Shown here piece by piece: positions 27,288-35,928 of a DNA stretch of 55,953 nt; the stretch's first letter is position 1, and every line of letters begins with the position of its first letter. Made by a program: the position numbers and the translations under genes. The notes below the pieces were generated by a model. It worked only from the letters and a program-made list of their open reading frames with translations. It was not told where the DNA came from and did no database searches. The DNA is taken from positions 1 to 55,953 of IMG/VR virus record IMGVR_UViG_3300032307_000533. One strand, given 5' to 3'. The stretch comes from a virus (Duplodnaviria; Caudoviricetes).

Positions 27288-27919
27288 GAGTAATCTTTTT
27301 GGATATTGATGGGGTTATGAACTCCACTGTCTTTTATAAGCAAAGACATAAGAGACGTTGGAGAAAACCCATCACTTGGTGGTATGCGTTAAGGCGAATA
27401 GTCAGAAAGTTATTTGGTATTAAACCAAAGGGGGTTTCTTTAGCGGATTGGAAAACACCTGATTCACATTACACATTTGACTACCAATTCAAAAGATTAC
27501 AAGAAGAGACTTGTCCTCAGAAATGGAAATGGTTGTCTGAATGGTGTAATGAAACAGATACTAAAATTTGTATTTCATCAACATGGAAACATCACTTTGG
27601 GGTTAAAGGGTATGTCTCTACACCTGAAAAATGGGAAGATGCTTTAGTTAAACTTGGGTTTAAAGAAGGTACTTACGTTGGAATTACTGGAGACCGAAGA
27701 ACTTTAAGGGGTGACGAAATTAAAGATTGGTTAGAGAAACACCCTGAGGTTGAGGACTACGCAATATTAGATGATGATTCTGATATGTTGCCAGAACAAT
27801 TTATAAAGTTTCATCACACGGACGGTTGGTTTGGGTTAACACCAAATCACTTATATAGAATTAACAGACAATTTGAAAACAAAAGTAATTACGAAAGATT
27901 AACACAGACAATAAGATAA
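27284..27919 (+). CDS. HAD phosphatase of the RNA-repair (Swiss-Army-knife) type, copy 1
   Basis: FLDIDGV, ISSTWK, RGDEI..WL, YAILDDD, GLT. Confidence 0.85.
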   Translation: MRVIFLDIDGVMNSTVFYKQRHKRRWRKPITWWYALRRIVRKLFGIKPKGVSLADWKTPDSHYTFDYQFKRLQEETCPQKWKWLSEWCNETDTKICISSTWKHHFGVKGYVSTPEKWEDALVKLGFKEGTYVGITGDRRTLRGDEIKDWLEKHPEVEDYAILDDDSDMLPEQFIKFHHTDGWFGLTPNHLYRINRQFENKSNYERLTQTIR

Positions 27920-28491
27920 TGAAAGTTATATTTTTAGACCATGACGGAGTAATCTGTCTATCCTCAGAGTGGGGTAATCGTTTTAAGAAACAAGATAAAT
28001 GGGGTGGGCGTAAATTATCTATGACCACAAGACAAATGCCAGTTGAATATCGATTCGATAACTTCAATCAAAAGGCTGTTAAGGTCCTCAATGAGATCAT
28101 TGAGAAGACTGGCGCTGAAATCGTTACATCATCCGATTGGAAACGATGGGCAAACCTTGAAGAAATGGGTGAGTACTACGAGTCCAAAGGGATTATTAAA
28201 AAACCAATTGCATTGACCACTGATTTGGGTCAGTGCACCTGGTACAACGGTATGACATGGATCTGGTCACCACAATGGGACTTGGAGATGACCCGTGTTA
28301 TCGAAATTAAACAGTACCTACATGATCATCCTGAGATTACTCATTGGGTTGCTGTTGATGATTTGGACATGGGTAAGAACGGTGAATCTTGGAAAGACTG
28401 GGGGTTGGATAACTTCGTACTCACACCAAGTGGTAGCGAAGGCATCAAACAATCAGGTATCAAAGAAAAAATACTTAAATATCTGGAATAA
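27919..28491 (+). CDS. HAD phosphatase of the RNA-repair type, copy 2
   Basis: FLDHDGV, TSSDWK, R..EI..YL, WVAVDD. Confidence 0.85.
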   Translation: MKVIFLDHDGVICLSSEWGNRFKKQDKWGGRKLSMTTRQMPVEYRFDNFNQKAVKVLNEIIEKTGAEIVTSSDWKRWANLEEMGEYYESKGIIKKPIALTTDLGQCTWYNGMTWIWSPQWDLEMTRVIEIKQYLHDHPEITHWVAVDDLDMGKNGESWKDWGLDNFVLTPSGSEGIKQSGIKEKILKYLE

Positions 28492-28566
28492 ACTCATTTA
28501 GAATACTATTTATAATGTACGCATATTTTTGCATTACATAAACATCATAATAGCAACATATGGAAG

Positions 28567-28788
28567 ATGACGATAGTAGGAAAAGTGAAGAAGGAGACCT
28601 GGAAAAAAAGGGTTTCAACAACGTGTTTAATGTTAGCAATGTTTTTCAACCCATTTGGGTTCGATGCGTTGTTCAAAATGGTGATGGATTGGACAGGTTC
28701 CTACTGGATTACGGATGCAATTTTTTATGGTATTGCGGCGCTATTTCTTGGTTTATATTTCTTAGTCAATAAAAAATCCACTAATTAA
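28567..28788 (+). CDS. Small two-TM membrane protein
   Basis: LAMFFNPFGFD...FYGIAALFLGLYF; TATTTATA upstream at 28507. Confidence 0.65.
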   Translation: MTIVGKVKKETWKKRVSTTCLMLAMFFNPFGFDALFKMVMDWTGSYWITDAIFYGIAALFLGLYFLVNKKSTN

Positions 28789-28824
28789 TTTGTTTATTTA
28801 GAAAATAGTTATTACTTTTGTGTC

Positions 28825-29289
28825 ATGACACAGAAATATAATATCTATTTAGACGATGTCCGCACGCCAGTAGCTGATGAGTGGGTCGTTGTACGTAACT
28901 ACGATGAGTTCGTGGCAAAAATAACTGAGATCGGCTTGGGTAATATCGAGTATATTTCATTGGATCATGATTTGGGTGACACCGCGATGAAAGAGTATTT
29001 TGAAAATGTTTCACCAAATTACCAGTTGGATTATTCTAATATCCATGAAAAAACTGGTTTGGATTGTGCGAAATGGTTAATCAATCATTTTTATGATACC
29101 CACCCAGAATACTTAGAACAATCTAGAGGTGAGAAGAAACGCTCGCTTTATTTCCCTTTCCCACATGTTTATGTACATTCGGCTAACCCGATTGGCTCAG
29201 CTAACATAATGGGTTACGTCAATAATTTTTTAATGAATGAGGCACAGCCACAAGATTGTGTGCGCGTGCAAATTGAACACACTGTGTAA
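28825..29289 (+). CDS. Cyclic-phosphate-processing receiver-domain protein
   Basis: IYLDDVRTP, VRNYDEF, ISLDHDLG, TGLDCAKWL, VHSANPIG. Confidence 0.8.
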   Translation: MTQKYNIYLDDVRTPVADEWVVVRNYDEFVAKITEIGLGNIEYISLDHDLGDTAMKEYFENVSPNYQLDYSNIHEKTGLDCAKWLINHFYDTHPEYLEQSRGEKKRSLYFPFPHVYVHSANPIGSANIMGYVNNFLMNEAQPQDCVRVQIEHTV

Positions 29290-29852
29290 TGATAGATAAT
29301 TACGAATTACTTAAACCCTTCATGGTTTTTGATAGCCCAGATCATTTTTATTTTCTACAGGTTATCAAACGCAGGAAAGATAACCCAGAGCTGACTGGTA
29401 ATAACAAAGTTATCGCCAATTACTATATCCGTTCTTTAGAGGAGTACCACAAGTATTACCTATTCGCTGTGCGTGAATGCCAACTAAATAATGCTAGAGC
29501 TTATTTGAGATTAAACGTTCGCGATGATAAGAAAGTCGCCTTGGAGTGTTTAAGAAAAATCAGTAACCTTGTCGCTGACGGTAACTATAAATCAGTCAAG
29601 AACACATACGATAACATTTGTGGTAAACACCACTCTGATAAGAATAAAAAATGGATCGTTGATTTTGATGAGGAGTGGATGCCAGAGAAAGACGATAGAG
29701 TCCAGGATATTATCAAAGCTGGCGGTAAGATATACGCTGAAGTACCAACTAAAAGTGGATGCCATATAATTTCCAGCCCGTTCAACAGAAATAAATTTAA
29801 ATGGATGATCGACATTCATAGGGATAACCCAACAATCTTATATATACCTTAA
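29289..29852 (+). CDS. Hypothetical protein with AEP (primase-polymerase)-like motifs
   Basis: WIVDFD (DxD) and PTKSGCHII (sxH-like). Confidence 0.5.
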   Translation: MIDNYELLKPFMVFDSPDHFYFLQVIKRRKDNPELTGNNKVIANYYIRSLEEYHKYYLFAVRECQLNNARAYLRLNVRDDKKVALECLRKISNLVADGNYKSVKNTYDNICGKHHSDKNKKWIVDFDEEWMPEKDDRVQDIIKAGGKIYAEVPTKSGCHIISSPFNRNKFKWMIDIHRDNPTILYIP

Positions 29853-29863
29853 AAAATAAAGTT

Positions 29864-30184
29864 ATGATTAAAGAAGAACACAAATTAGATACCATAGCAT
29901 GGTTAATAATAACGGTGATATGTACATCAGCGCTTGCGATATACATGGTATCAGACAACCTCAATTTAAAACGAGAGAACTACGATTTACAAAATAATCT
30001 TAAAAAGTGTGAACAAAAGATTGATTCTCTGGAAGCTGTGTGTGATACGCTAAGACACCAAAACGAGATAATCGAGGATTATTGTCTTGAGACCATGAAA
30101 AATTATGAGAATGAGATTAGTTTTCTTGGGCACTCATTAGATGAACATAATATTCGTCCAGACTACTCAAACTTTGAAAAATAA
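29864..30184 (+). CDS. Membrane-anchored coiled-coil protein
   Basis: One TM helix followed by heptads. Confidence 0.6.
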   Translation: MIKEEHKLDTIAWLIITVICTSALAIYMVSDNLNLKRENYDLQNNLKKCEQKIDSLEAVCDTLRHQNEIIEDYCLETMKNYENEISFLGHSLDEHNIRPDYSNFEK

Positions 30185-30220
30185 TTTGGCCACTAAATAA
30201 AAAGTATTTATCTTTACACC

Positions 30221-30706
30221 ATGAATATATTTTTACTAGATTACGATGTTAAAAAATGTGCGCAGGCGCACGTTGATAAACATGTTGTTAAGATGATACT
30301 TGAAACGGCGCAATTGTTATGTGGTGTTCATTGGGTAACAGATAGCCAGTCCACAGCACCTTACAAGTTATCACATAAGAACCATCCGTGTTCAATCTGG
30401 ACCCGTGAGTCTTTATCCAACTACTTGTATTTGTGCGAGTTAGGTCTTGAGTTGTGTTACGAATACACCTACCGATACGGTAAGAGACACAAGTCGCAAG
30501 ACGTAATCGAATGGTGTATTGTGAATAAACCAAACATTGTCGATAAAGGGTTCACTGAGCCAGCCAAAGCTATGCCAGATGAGTATAAAGTTGATGACGC
30601 TGTTGAGTCTTATAGAAACTATTATTCTGGTGCTAAATCTGGTTTCGCCACTTGGAAGGGTCGAGACGTACCTGAGTGGTATGAAAACCGATTTGAGTTA
30701 TGTTAA
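30221..30706 (+). CDS. Pyrimidine-dimer DNA glycosylase-related protein
   Basis: MNIF.LD...A..H.DKHVVKMILE.AQLL, HKNHPC..W, EYTYRYGKRH, AMPDEYK, SYRNYY. Confidence 0.7.
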   Translation: MNIFLLDYDVKKCAQAHVDKHVVKMILETAQLLCGVHWVTDSQSTAPYKLSHKNHPCSIWTRESLSNYLYLCELGLELCYEYTYRYGKRHKSQDVIEWCIVNKPNIVDKGFTEPAKAMPDEYKVDDAVESYRNYYSGAKSGFATWKGRDVPEWYENRFELC

Positions 30707-31206
30707 TTGAGGATAGATTAAAACACAAAATCCTAAGTCCCTCGGAAGTCATTAACTTTGTTACAGAACATAGGGCCCAGGGCGATAAGATAATATTCAC
30801 CAACGGGTGTTTTGACTTGGTTCATCTTGGTCACCTGGAGTACTTGCTAAAGGCGAAGGAACTTGGTGGTATCCTAATGGTGGGCGTCAACTCAGATCAA
30901 TCGGTTCGTACAATAAAAGGGGATAAAAGACCTATAATATCCGAAACCCAAAGGTATCATAATCTGGCGTGTTATTACTTTGTTGATGCGGTTGTACCGT
31001 TTGGTGATGAAACACCGATAAACTTAATAAAAATCATACAACCAGACTTTTTGGTTAAGGGTTCTGACTACAAACCAGAGGATATTGTTGGGTATGATAC
31101 AGTAAAAAGTTATGGTGGTGAGGTGGTGACGATATCAACTGGTTTATCACCAGATATCTATAGCACAACAAAAATAATCGAAAGGGTAATTTTATCAGAA
31201 AAATAA
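30700..31206 (+). CDS. HldE/RfaE domain II-like adenylyltransferase
   Basis: FTNGCFDLVHLGH, VGVNSD.SV..IKG..RPI, PDFLVKGSDY, STT.II. Confidence 0.9.
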   Translation: MLIEDRLKHKILSPSEVINFVTEHRAQGDKIIFTNGCFDLVHLGHLEYLLKAKELGGILMVGVNSDQSVRTIKGDKRPIISETQRYHNLACYYFVDAVVPFGDETPINLIKIIQPDFLVKGSDYKPEDIVGYDTVKSYGGEVVTISTGLSPDIYSTTKIIERVILSEK

Positions 31207-31228
31207 CTATTTATATTAAAACTATATC

Positions 31229-31915
31229 GTGAGTAATTTTAAATTAAAGAAATCAGAATTTATGGAATTAAACGTCAATAAAAAGGCTTTGAATGAGGCT
31301 GAAGAGAATGAGCTTACATCAACTATGCCAGAAGAGATAAAAGACGATGAAGAGACCAAAGAGGTTGAAACATCTGAAGAAGAAAAAGAAGAGAACACCG
31401 AAGAGAAAAAAGAGGAAGTAAACGAAGGTGGTCTATATAAATTAAGTCAAGAAACTATTAGCGAGTTGACTGATAGAATAAAAGATGAGTACACCGCTCA
31501 CTACTTCTATGTTAACGCGTCTAACTGGTGTAGAGACATGAACTATAAGAAGGCTACCGCTTTCTTTGAGGCTGAGGCCGTTACTGAACTAGAGCACGCT
31601 AAGGGTGTTCAGGATTACATGACTGATTTTAATATCATACCTGTAATGCCATCGACTGAAACGAAAAGAACTTTCACTAGTTTGCCACAGATCATCAGAG
31701 AGGCTTACAAGTTAGAGTTGGATTTAATGATGAAATACAACGAAACATCAAGTAAACTATTCGCGTCAGACTTAACAACTTTTGATTTCTTACAGACGTA
31801 TAGAGTAGGGCAAAAAGAATCTGTTGTTGAGTACAACGATTTGATTAACGCTTTGGATTTAGTTAACGAAAACGACAAATTCCAGGTACTTTATTTCGAA
31901 CAAACATACCTATAA
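31229..31915 (+). CDS. Ferritin with a ~65-aa acidic N-terminal extension
   Basis: RIKDEYTAHYFY, FF..EA..ELEHA, AYKLE, DLTTFDFLQ.Y...Q.E four-helix ferritin pattern. Confidence 0.85.
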   Translation: MSNFKLKKSEFMELNVNKKALNEAEENELTSTMPEEIKDDEETKEVETSEEEKEENTEEKKEEVNEGGLYKLSQETISELTDRIKDEYTAHYFYVNASNWCRDMNYKKATAFFEAEAVTELEHAKGVQDYMTDFNIIPVMPSTETKRTFTSLPQIIREAYKLELDLMMKYNETSSKLFASDLTTFDFLQTYRVGQKESVVEYNDLINALDLVNENDKFQVLYFEQTYL

Positions 31916-31939
31916 AATATTGCGTATCATCGATATTAT

Positions 31940-31967
31940 ACCCCGCCCTAAAAAAGCGGGGTTTTTT
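31940..31967 (+). terminator. Intrinsic terminator
   Basis: ACCCCGC-loop-GCGGGGT followed by TTTTT. Confidence 0.8.
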
Positions 31968-32004
31968 ATTTGGTTTTATTAATTCTTTTTTCTATTTTTG
32001 TTAC

Positions 32005-32484
32005 ATGAATCCATTTTTAGAAAGAAAGCATGAGTTAACCGAACTTCATCTTAAAAAAGATAGGATAGCTTCTGATATTAAAAAAATAAAGGAAGAGCTT
32101 GAAAGAAAGATTGAGGCGCTTACCGATGTTCATAAGAACATGTTACTGGATACGGAACTTAAGATAAAAGAGTTCCCTAGACTCTGCGACCATACGGATG
32201 AGAATGGTGATTTAGCTACAGGCAAAGAGCATAAGATAATAGTACCTAGTATAGTTGGTGATATAACTTTGGTTAAACAAATGTGTTCGCTATGTGGTGG
32301 AAAAGTTTCTGAAGAAAAAATTGAGATCAGGAAATCTAAAGAAGCTGAATCCGAATTTAAAACCTGGTATCAAATTGATGACGATGAAACTTTTGTTGAT
32401 ACAATGACATTCGACCAGAATTTTATGAGTAATTTTATGGGTTATGTATCAGGTAGTACCATCGATATAAATTACATATTATAA
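32005..32484 (+). CDS. Hypothetical protein (coiled coil plus possible Zn site)
   Basis: Heptads, then CDH...CSLC. Confidence 0.65.
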   Translation: MNPFLERKHELTELHLKKDRIASDIKKIKEELERKIEALTDVHKNMLLDTELKIKEFPRLCDHTDENGDLATGKEHKIIVPSIVGDITLVKQMCSLCGGKVSEEKIEIRKSKEAESEFKTWYQIDDDETFVDTMTFDQNFMSNFMGYVSGSTIDINYIL

Positions 32485-32505
32485 TGGACTCCTTAAATAA
32501 CAATA

Positions 32506-33051
32506 ATGAGTAATTTTTGGAAAGACGCATATAAAGATAGTTGGGAACAATCAGCCACCAAAGAGAACCTAATCAAAGGGATAATTGAATCTGAGACAGG
32601 TTTAAAAGTTGATATAGTGGGTCTTGGTGCGGGTACAACCGATTACATATCTGGTAGCGCCCAGGACAACAACCACGAGAAAGGTGACGCTGACTTGTAT
32701 ATCGAAAGCAAAGATATACATATCGAAGTTACTGGCCCTAATGTACCCATGATGATATTTGATGATCTATGGTTCAGACCAGACAAACTAAATAACACTT
32801 ACAAAAAAGTTGTTACTGGTAACGGTAAACTACATTTGATCGTACACGTACAGGATGATAAACAAAACGGTAGAAAAATCATTCGCGGCATCAACCTTAA
32901 CGAACAATTTTTTCTGGATGTTAAAGCAAACCCCTACCCAATTATCACACCTAAGATAAGGGGTAATGTTGAGAAATATGTTGAGATTGATCCAAAAGAT
33001 AAGCACATAATAAAACTTGACCAAATAATAGAGTTAATAAAATCAGTATAA
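32506..33051 (+). CDS. Hypothetical protein, possible PD-(D/E)xK-like nuclease fold
   Basis: E...GDADL....IHIEVTG spacing. Confidence 0.45.
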   Translation: MSNFWKDAYKDSWEQSATKENLIKGIIESETGLKVDIVGLGAGTTDYISGSAQDNNHEKGDADLYIESKDIHIEVTGPNVPMMIFDDLWFRPDKLNNTYKKVVTGNGKLHLIVHVQDDKQNGRKIIRGINLNEQFFLDVKANPYPIITPKIRGNVEKYVEIDPKDKHIIKLDQIIELIKSV

Positions 33052-33185
33052 TGAGTAAAACTTTTAAATATATTCTGGGTACCGTTTTCATAGTATTTGG
33101 TATGTGTGTGGGTGCAAGTAAATTGGCCAACGTGGTTGGTATAATTTTAATAATTTTGATACTAAACCATGCGAGGAAATCGTAA
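33051..33185 (+). CDS. Small membrane protein (44 aa)
   Basis: TAATG-coupled; two short hydrophobic stretches. Confidence 0.45.
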   Translation: MSKTFKYILGTVFIVFGMCVGASKLANVVGIILIILILNHARKS

Positions 33186-33203
33186 GGTTTAAAACTTAAA
33201 GAT

Positions 33204-33623
33204 ATGATAAATAAAAAAGTTAGATTCGAATATGAGTTTTTACGTACAGAAGTGGCTGGTATTCAATTACTTGGTTCTGAGGTTAAGGCTATAAAAGATA
33301 ATAAGATTTCCATGGGTGAATCTTATTGCGTGTTCCATAACGGTGAGCTGTATGTTAAGAACATAAACATAAGTGGTAATGGTACCGCCTATTCACATGA
33401 ACCAACAAGAGATCGTAAACTTCTTTTGAGAAAAAGCGAGTTATTAAAACTACAAAAGGACTTGGTTAAGGGTTTAGCGATAGTACCTTACAAGTTGTTT
33501 AAGAACGAGCGGGGTAATTATAAATTGGAAATAGTTCTGGGCCGTGGTAAAAAATTACATGATAAGAGAAACGCGATTAAAGAACGTGATATTAGTAGGG
33601 AAACCAACAAAACACTTGCTTAA
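33204..33623 (+). CDS. smpB: SsrA-binding protein SmpB
   Basis: NKK.RFEYE, AGI.L.GSEVKAIK, HEPTRDRKLLL, IVP.KL, GRGKKLHDKR..IKERD C-terminal tail. Confidence 0.96.
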   Translation: MINKKVRFEYEFLRTEVAGIQLLGSEVKAIKDNKISMGESYCVFHNGELYVKNINISGNGTAYSHEPTRDRKLLLRKSELLKLQKDLVKGLAIVPYKLFKNERGNYKLEIVLGRGKKLHDKRNAIKERDISRETNKTLA

Positions 33624-33666
33624 TTAAAATAAATTTACTATTATTATAATCTAATAGGATAAAAAC

Positions 33667-34071
33667 TTGGGTGATAAAAAGAAAATACCAGATTTAGTTG
33701 TATGGGATGAAGTTGAGGGGTATAATGCGAGTAAAATGCAGTACCCGACAAACGTCAGCGCACCCGCGTTTACATTACCAGATGTTGGGTTGGTTAGAAC
33801 CGAGTCGGCTAAAAAAATGATGGATGTTTTCGAGCAAGAGAAAAAAGAACTTGTTAGTAAGGTTGAGAAAATGTACAGAGAATACCTAGACTCCGTAATG
33901 GTGTGGGAATCAAAAATATCGTTTGATCCTGTTGTTGGGCAAACGTATTATTTGTATGATTTTAAAGGTGTTAACACCCTCTCATTACTATCACCAGATG
34001 ATTGGAATAAACACGATTGTTTTATTGGTGGATTTGTGTTGAACTCCGATAGAAAATGGATTAGAATATGA
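33667..34071 (+). CDS. DUF2452-like protein
   Basis: YPTNVSAPAF, FDPVVGQTYYLY, LSLLSP.DW, F.LNSD..W. Confidence 0.65.
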   Translation: MGDKKKIPDLVVWDEVEGYNASKMQYPTNVSAPAFTLPDVGLVRTESAKKMMDVFEQEKKELVSKVEKMYREYLDSVMVWESKISFDPVVGQTYYLYDFKGVNTLSLLSPDDWNKHDCFIGGFVLNSDRKWIRI

Positions 34072-34157
34072 GAAGATTTATTAATAAGATTATTTTCATA
34101 ATTGAAATATTCTTTGACAGAATAAAAAAGAAACGAAAAAGTATTTGGGATTTATGA
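34068..34157 (+). CDS. Very small basic peptide (29 aa)
   Basis: ATGA overlaps at both ends, coupling the upstream gene to thyA. Confidence 0.4.
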   Translation: MRRFINKIIFIIEIFFDRIKKKRKSIWDL

Positions 34158-35353
34158 ATAAATTAGATAAACAATATCAAGAATTACTCCAATCAATTTT
34201 AGATTACGGAGTTGAAAAGAAAGATCGAACAGGTACAGGAACCAAGAGTATCTTTGGTTATACCATCCGTCATAATATGAGAGATGGTTTTCCTTTATTG
34301 ACCACCAAGAAAATGGCTTGGAAAACTATGGTTACGGAATTAATATGGTTCCTACGTGGCGATACAAACATCAAGTTCCTTGTTGATAATAATTGCCATA
34401 TCTGGAATGGAGACGCTTTCAAAAACTTTATGAATACGAGTGAAGGTGACCCCGATTTAATCTGGAACCAGGAACAATTCATTAACATGATTAAGACCGA
34501 TGATGAGTTTGCTAAACAATGGGGTGAATTAGGCCCCGTGTATGGTAAGCAATGGAGAAGTTGGGGTGAGGGGTTCAAACGAGTGCCAAATGAAAAAGCT
34601 GATAAAGTTTATCATGTCACAACAACGGGTATAGACCAAATTGCAAACCTAATCAACGACCTTAAAACAAATCCTGACTCAAGACGATTGATGGTTAATG
34701 CTTGGAATGTAGGTGGATTAGACCAAATGGTTCTTCCACCTTGTCATTATGGATTTCAAGTTTATACAAGAGAGTTGAGTTTGGAAGAAAGAATTGGATT
34801 AGTAAAACCTATCCCAAATTTGTTTACACATGAAGATTGTGATGTAATAAATTTACCTAAACGAGCAATCTCTTTAATGTGGAATCAACGTTCAGTGGAT
34901 ACATTCCTGGGTTTACCGTTCAACATCGCATCTTATGGGTTGTTACTTGAGATCATCGCCAAAGCTGTTAACATGGTTCCAGATGAATTGATTGGTAATT
35001 TAGGTGACACACACCTTTACTTGAACCATATTGAACAAGCTAAAGAACAAATCGGTAGAGAGTTAACTGACGAGGAAAGATATAATATTTGGTTCACAAA
35101 TAATTACGAAACTGGTATGGAAAGATATTTTGACCCAAATAATTTACCAGACTTTGATGATGGGTATTATACACCAACACCAAAAAGAACAAGAGAACCA
35201 TACCCACTACCTGTTTTAAAACACATGAAAACGGATGAGTTCTACAAATCTTTAAGTGAGGATCAATCACTATTCCACCATCTAAACCCAGCAGATTTTA
35301 TGGTTGAAAACTACCAATCACATCCAACAATTAAAGCACCCTTAAGTAACTAA
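34154..35353 (+). CDS. thyA: Thymidylate synthase (with insertions)
   Basis: DRTGTGT, FPLLTTKK, ELIWFLRGDTN, LGPVYGKQWR, LPPCH, QRSVD.FLGLPFNIASY, DTHLYLNH, HPTIKAPLS. Confidence 0.97.
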   Translation: MNKLDKQYQELLQSILDYGVEKKDRTGTGTKSIFGYTIRHNMRDGFPLLTTKKMAWKTMVTELIWFLRGDTNIKFLVDNNCHIWNGDAFKNFMNTSEGDPDLIWNQEQFINMIKTDDEFAKQWGELGPVYGKQWRSWGEGFKRVPNEKADKVYHVTTTGIDQIANLINDLKTNPDSRRLMVNAWNVGGLDQMVLPPCHYGFQVYTRELSLEERIGLVKPIPNLFTHEDCDVINLPKRAISLMWNQRSVDTFLGLPFNIASYGLLLEIIAKAVNMVPDELIGNLGDTHLYLNHIEQAKEQIGRELTDEERYNIWFTNNYETGMERYFDPNNLPDFDDGYYTPTPKRTREPYPLPVLKHMKTDEFYKSLSEDQSLFHHLNPADFMVENYQSHPTIKAPLSN

Positions 35354-35355
35354 TT

Positions 35356-35493
35356 ATGAGAATAGGCATAGATACAGTCATGTCCCAAATATATGTGTTA
35401 CCATACGTTAAAGTAACACATAGTAGATGGTTAAATGGTAACTACGAATTAATAATCGGTTGGCTTAAATGGGAATTGGTAATAGGAATATGA
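35356..35493 (+). CDS. Small hypothetical protein (45 aa)
   Basis: ORF ATGA-coupled to the next gene. Confidence 0.45.
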   Translation: MRIGIDTVMSQIYVLPYVKVTHSRWLNGNYELIIGWLKWELVIGI

Positions 35494-35699
35494 AAAAAAT
35501 TAGAATTGAAGGTTATTGTTACAGGACTTGGACTAAAGGTGGGTTTAAACAATTTAGCCCAATACCTTGCCCGTTCTTTGTGCATAACCCATTAGGACAT
35601 TTTATTGAGACAGGTGTTTCAACAAACCTTTGGGTGATAAGTGTAAGCTTTTTGATCTGGGACTTTGGTATCCAGATTTACCAGGATTTAGAATATTAA
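35490..35699 (+). CDS. Hypothetical protein
   Basis: Start at ATG 35490. Confidence 0.55.
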   Translation: MKKIRIEGYCYRTWTKGGFKQFSPIPCPFFVHNPLGHFIETGVSTNLWVISVSFLIWDFGIQIYQDLEY

Positions 35700-35701
35700 T
35701 T

Positions 35702-35926
35702 ATGAAAATATTAAGAAGAATTTTAGCGTTCATTATGGGTATGATATTCTACCCATTTGTTACGGGATTTATAATGCTCGAAAACATTGGGTTTTTTAAT
35801 GAGATGAAAAAATATAATTGGACTGCTATATTTGCGTATAGCGCTATTGGTTTTATGGCTTACTTATGGATCATATATGTTGTAAAACCTTTGGTTCTAA
35901 TAATAAGTGGAAATATAATTGATTAA
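35702..35926 (+). CDS. Small two-TM membrane protein
   Basis: Start at ATG 35702; two hydrophobic helices. Confidence 0.6.
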   Translation: MKILRRILAFIMGMIFYPFVTGFIMLENIGFFNEMKKYNWTAIFAYSAIGFMAYLWIIYVVKPLVLIISGNIID

Positions 35927-35928
35927 AT

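Noticed and set aside
28560-28772. 70-aa ORF overlapping 28567-28788
   Set aside because: The alternative frame gives a coherent two-TM protein; only one is likely real.
34769-35188. Intein or group I intron in thyA
   Set aside because: The frame is uninterrupted, the insertions are short, and there are no C/S...HN splice motifs or homing endonuclease.
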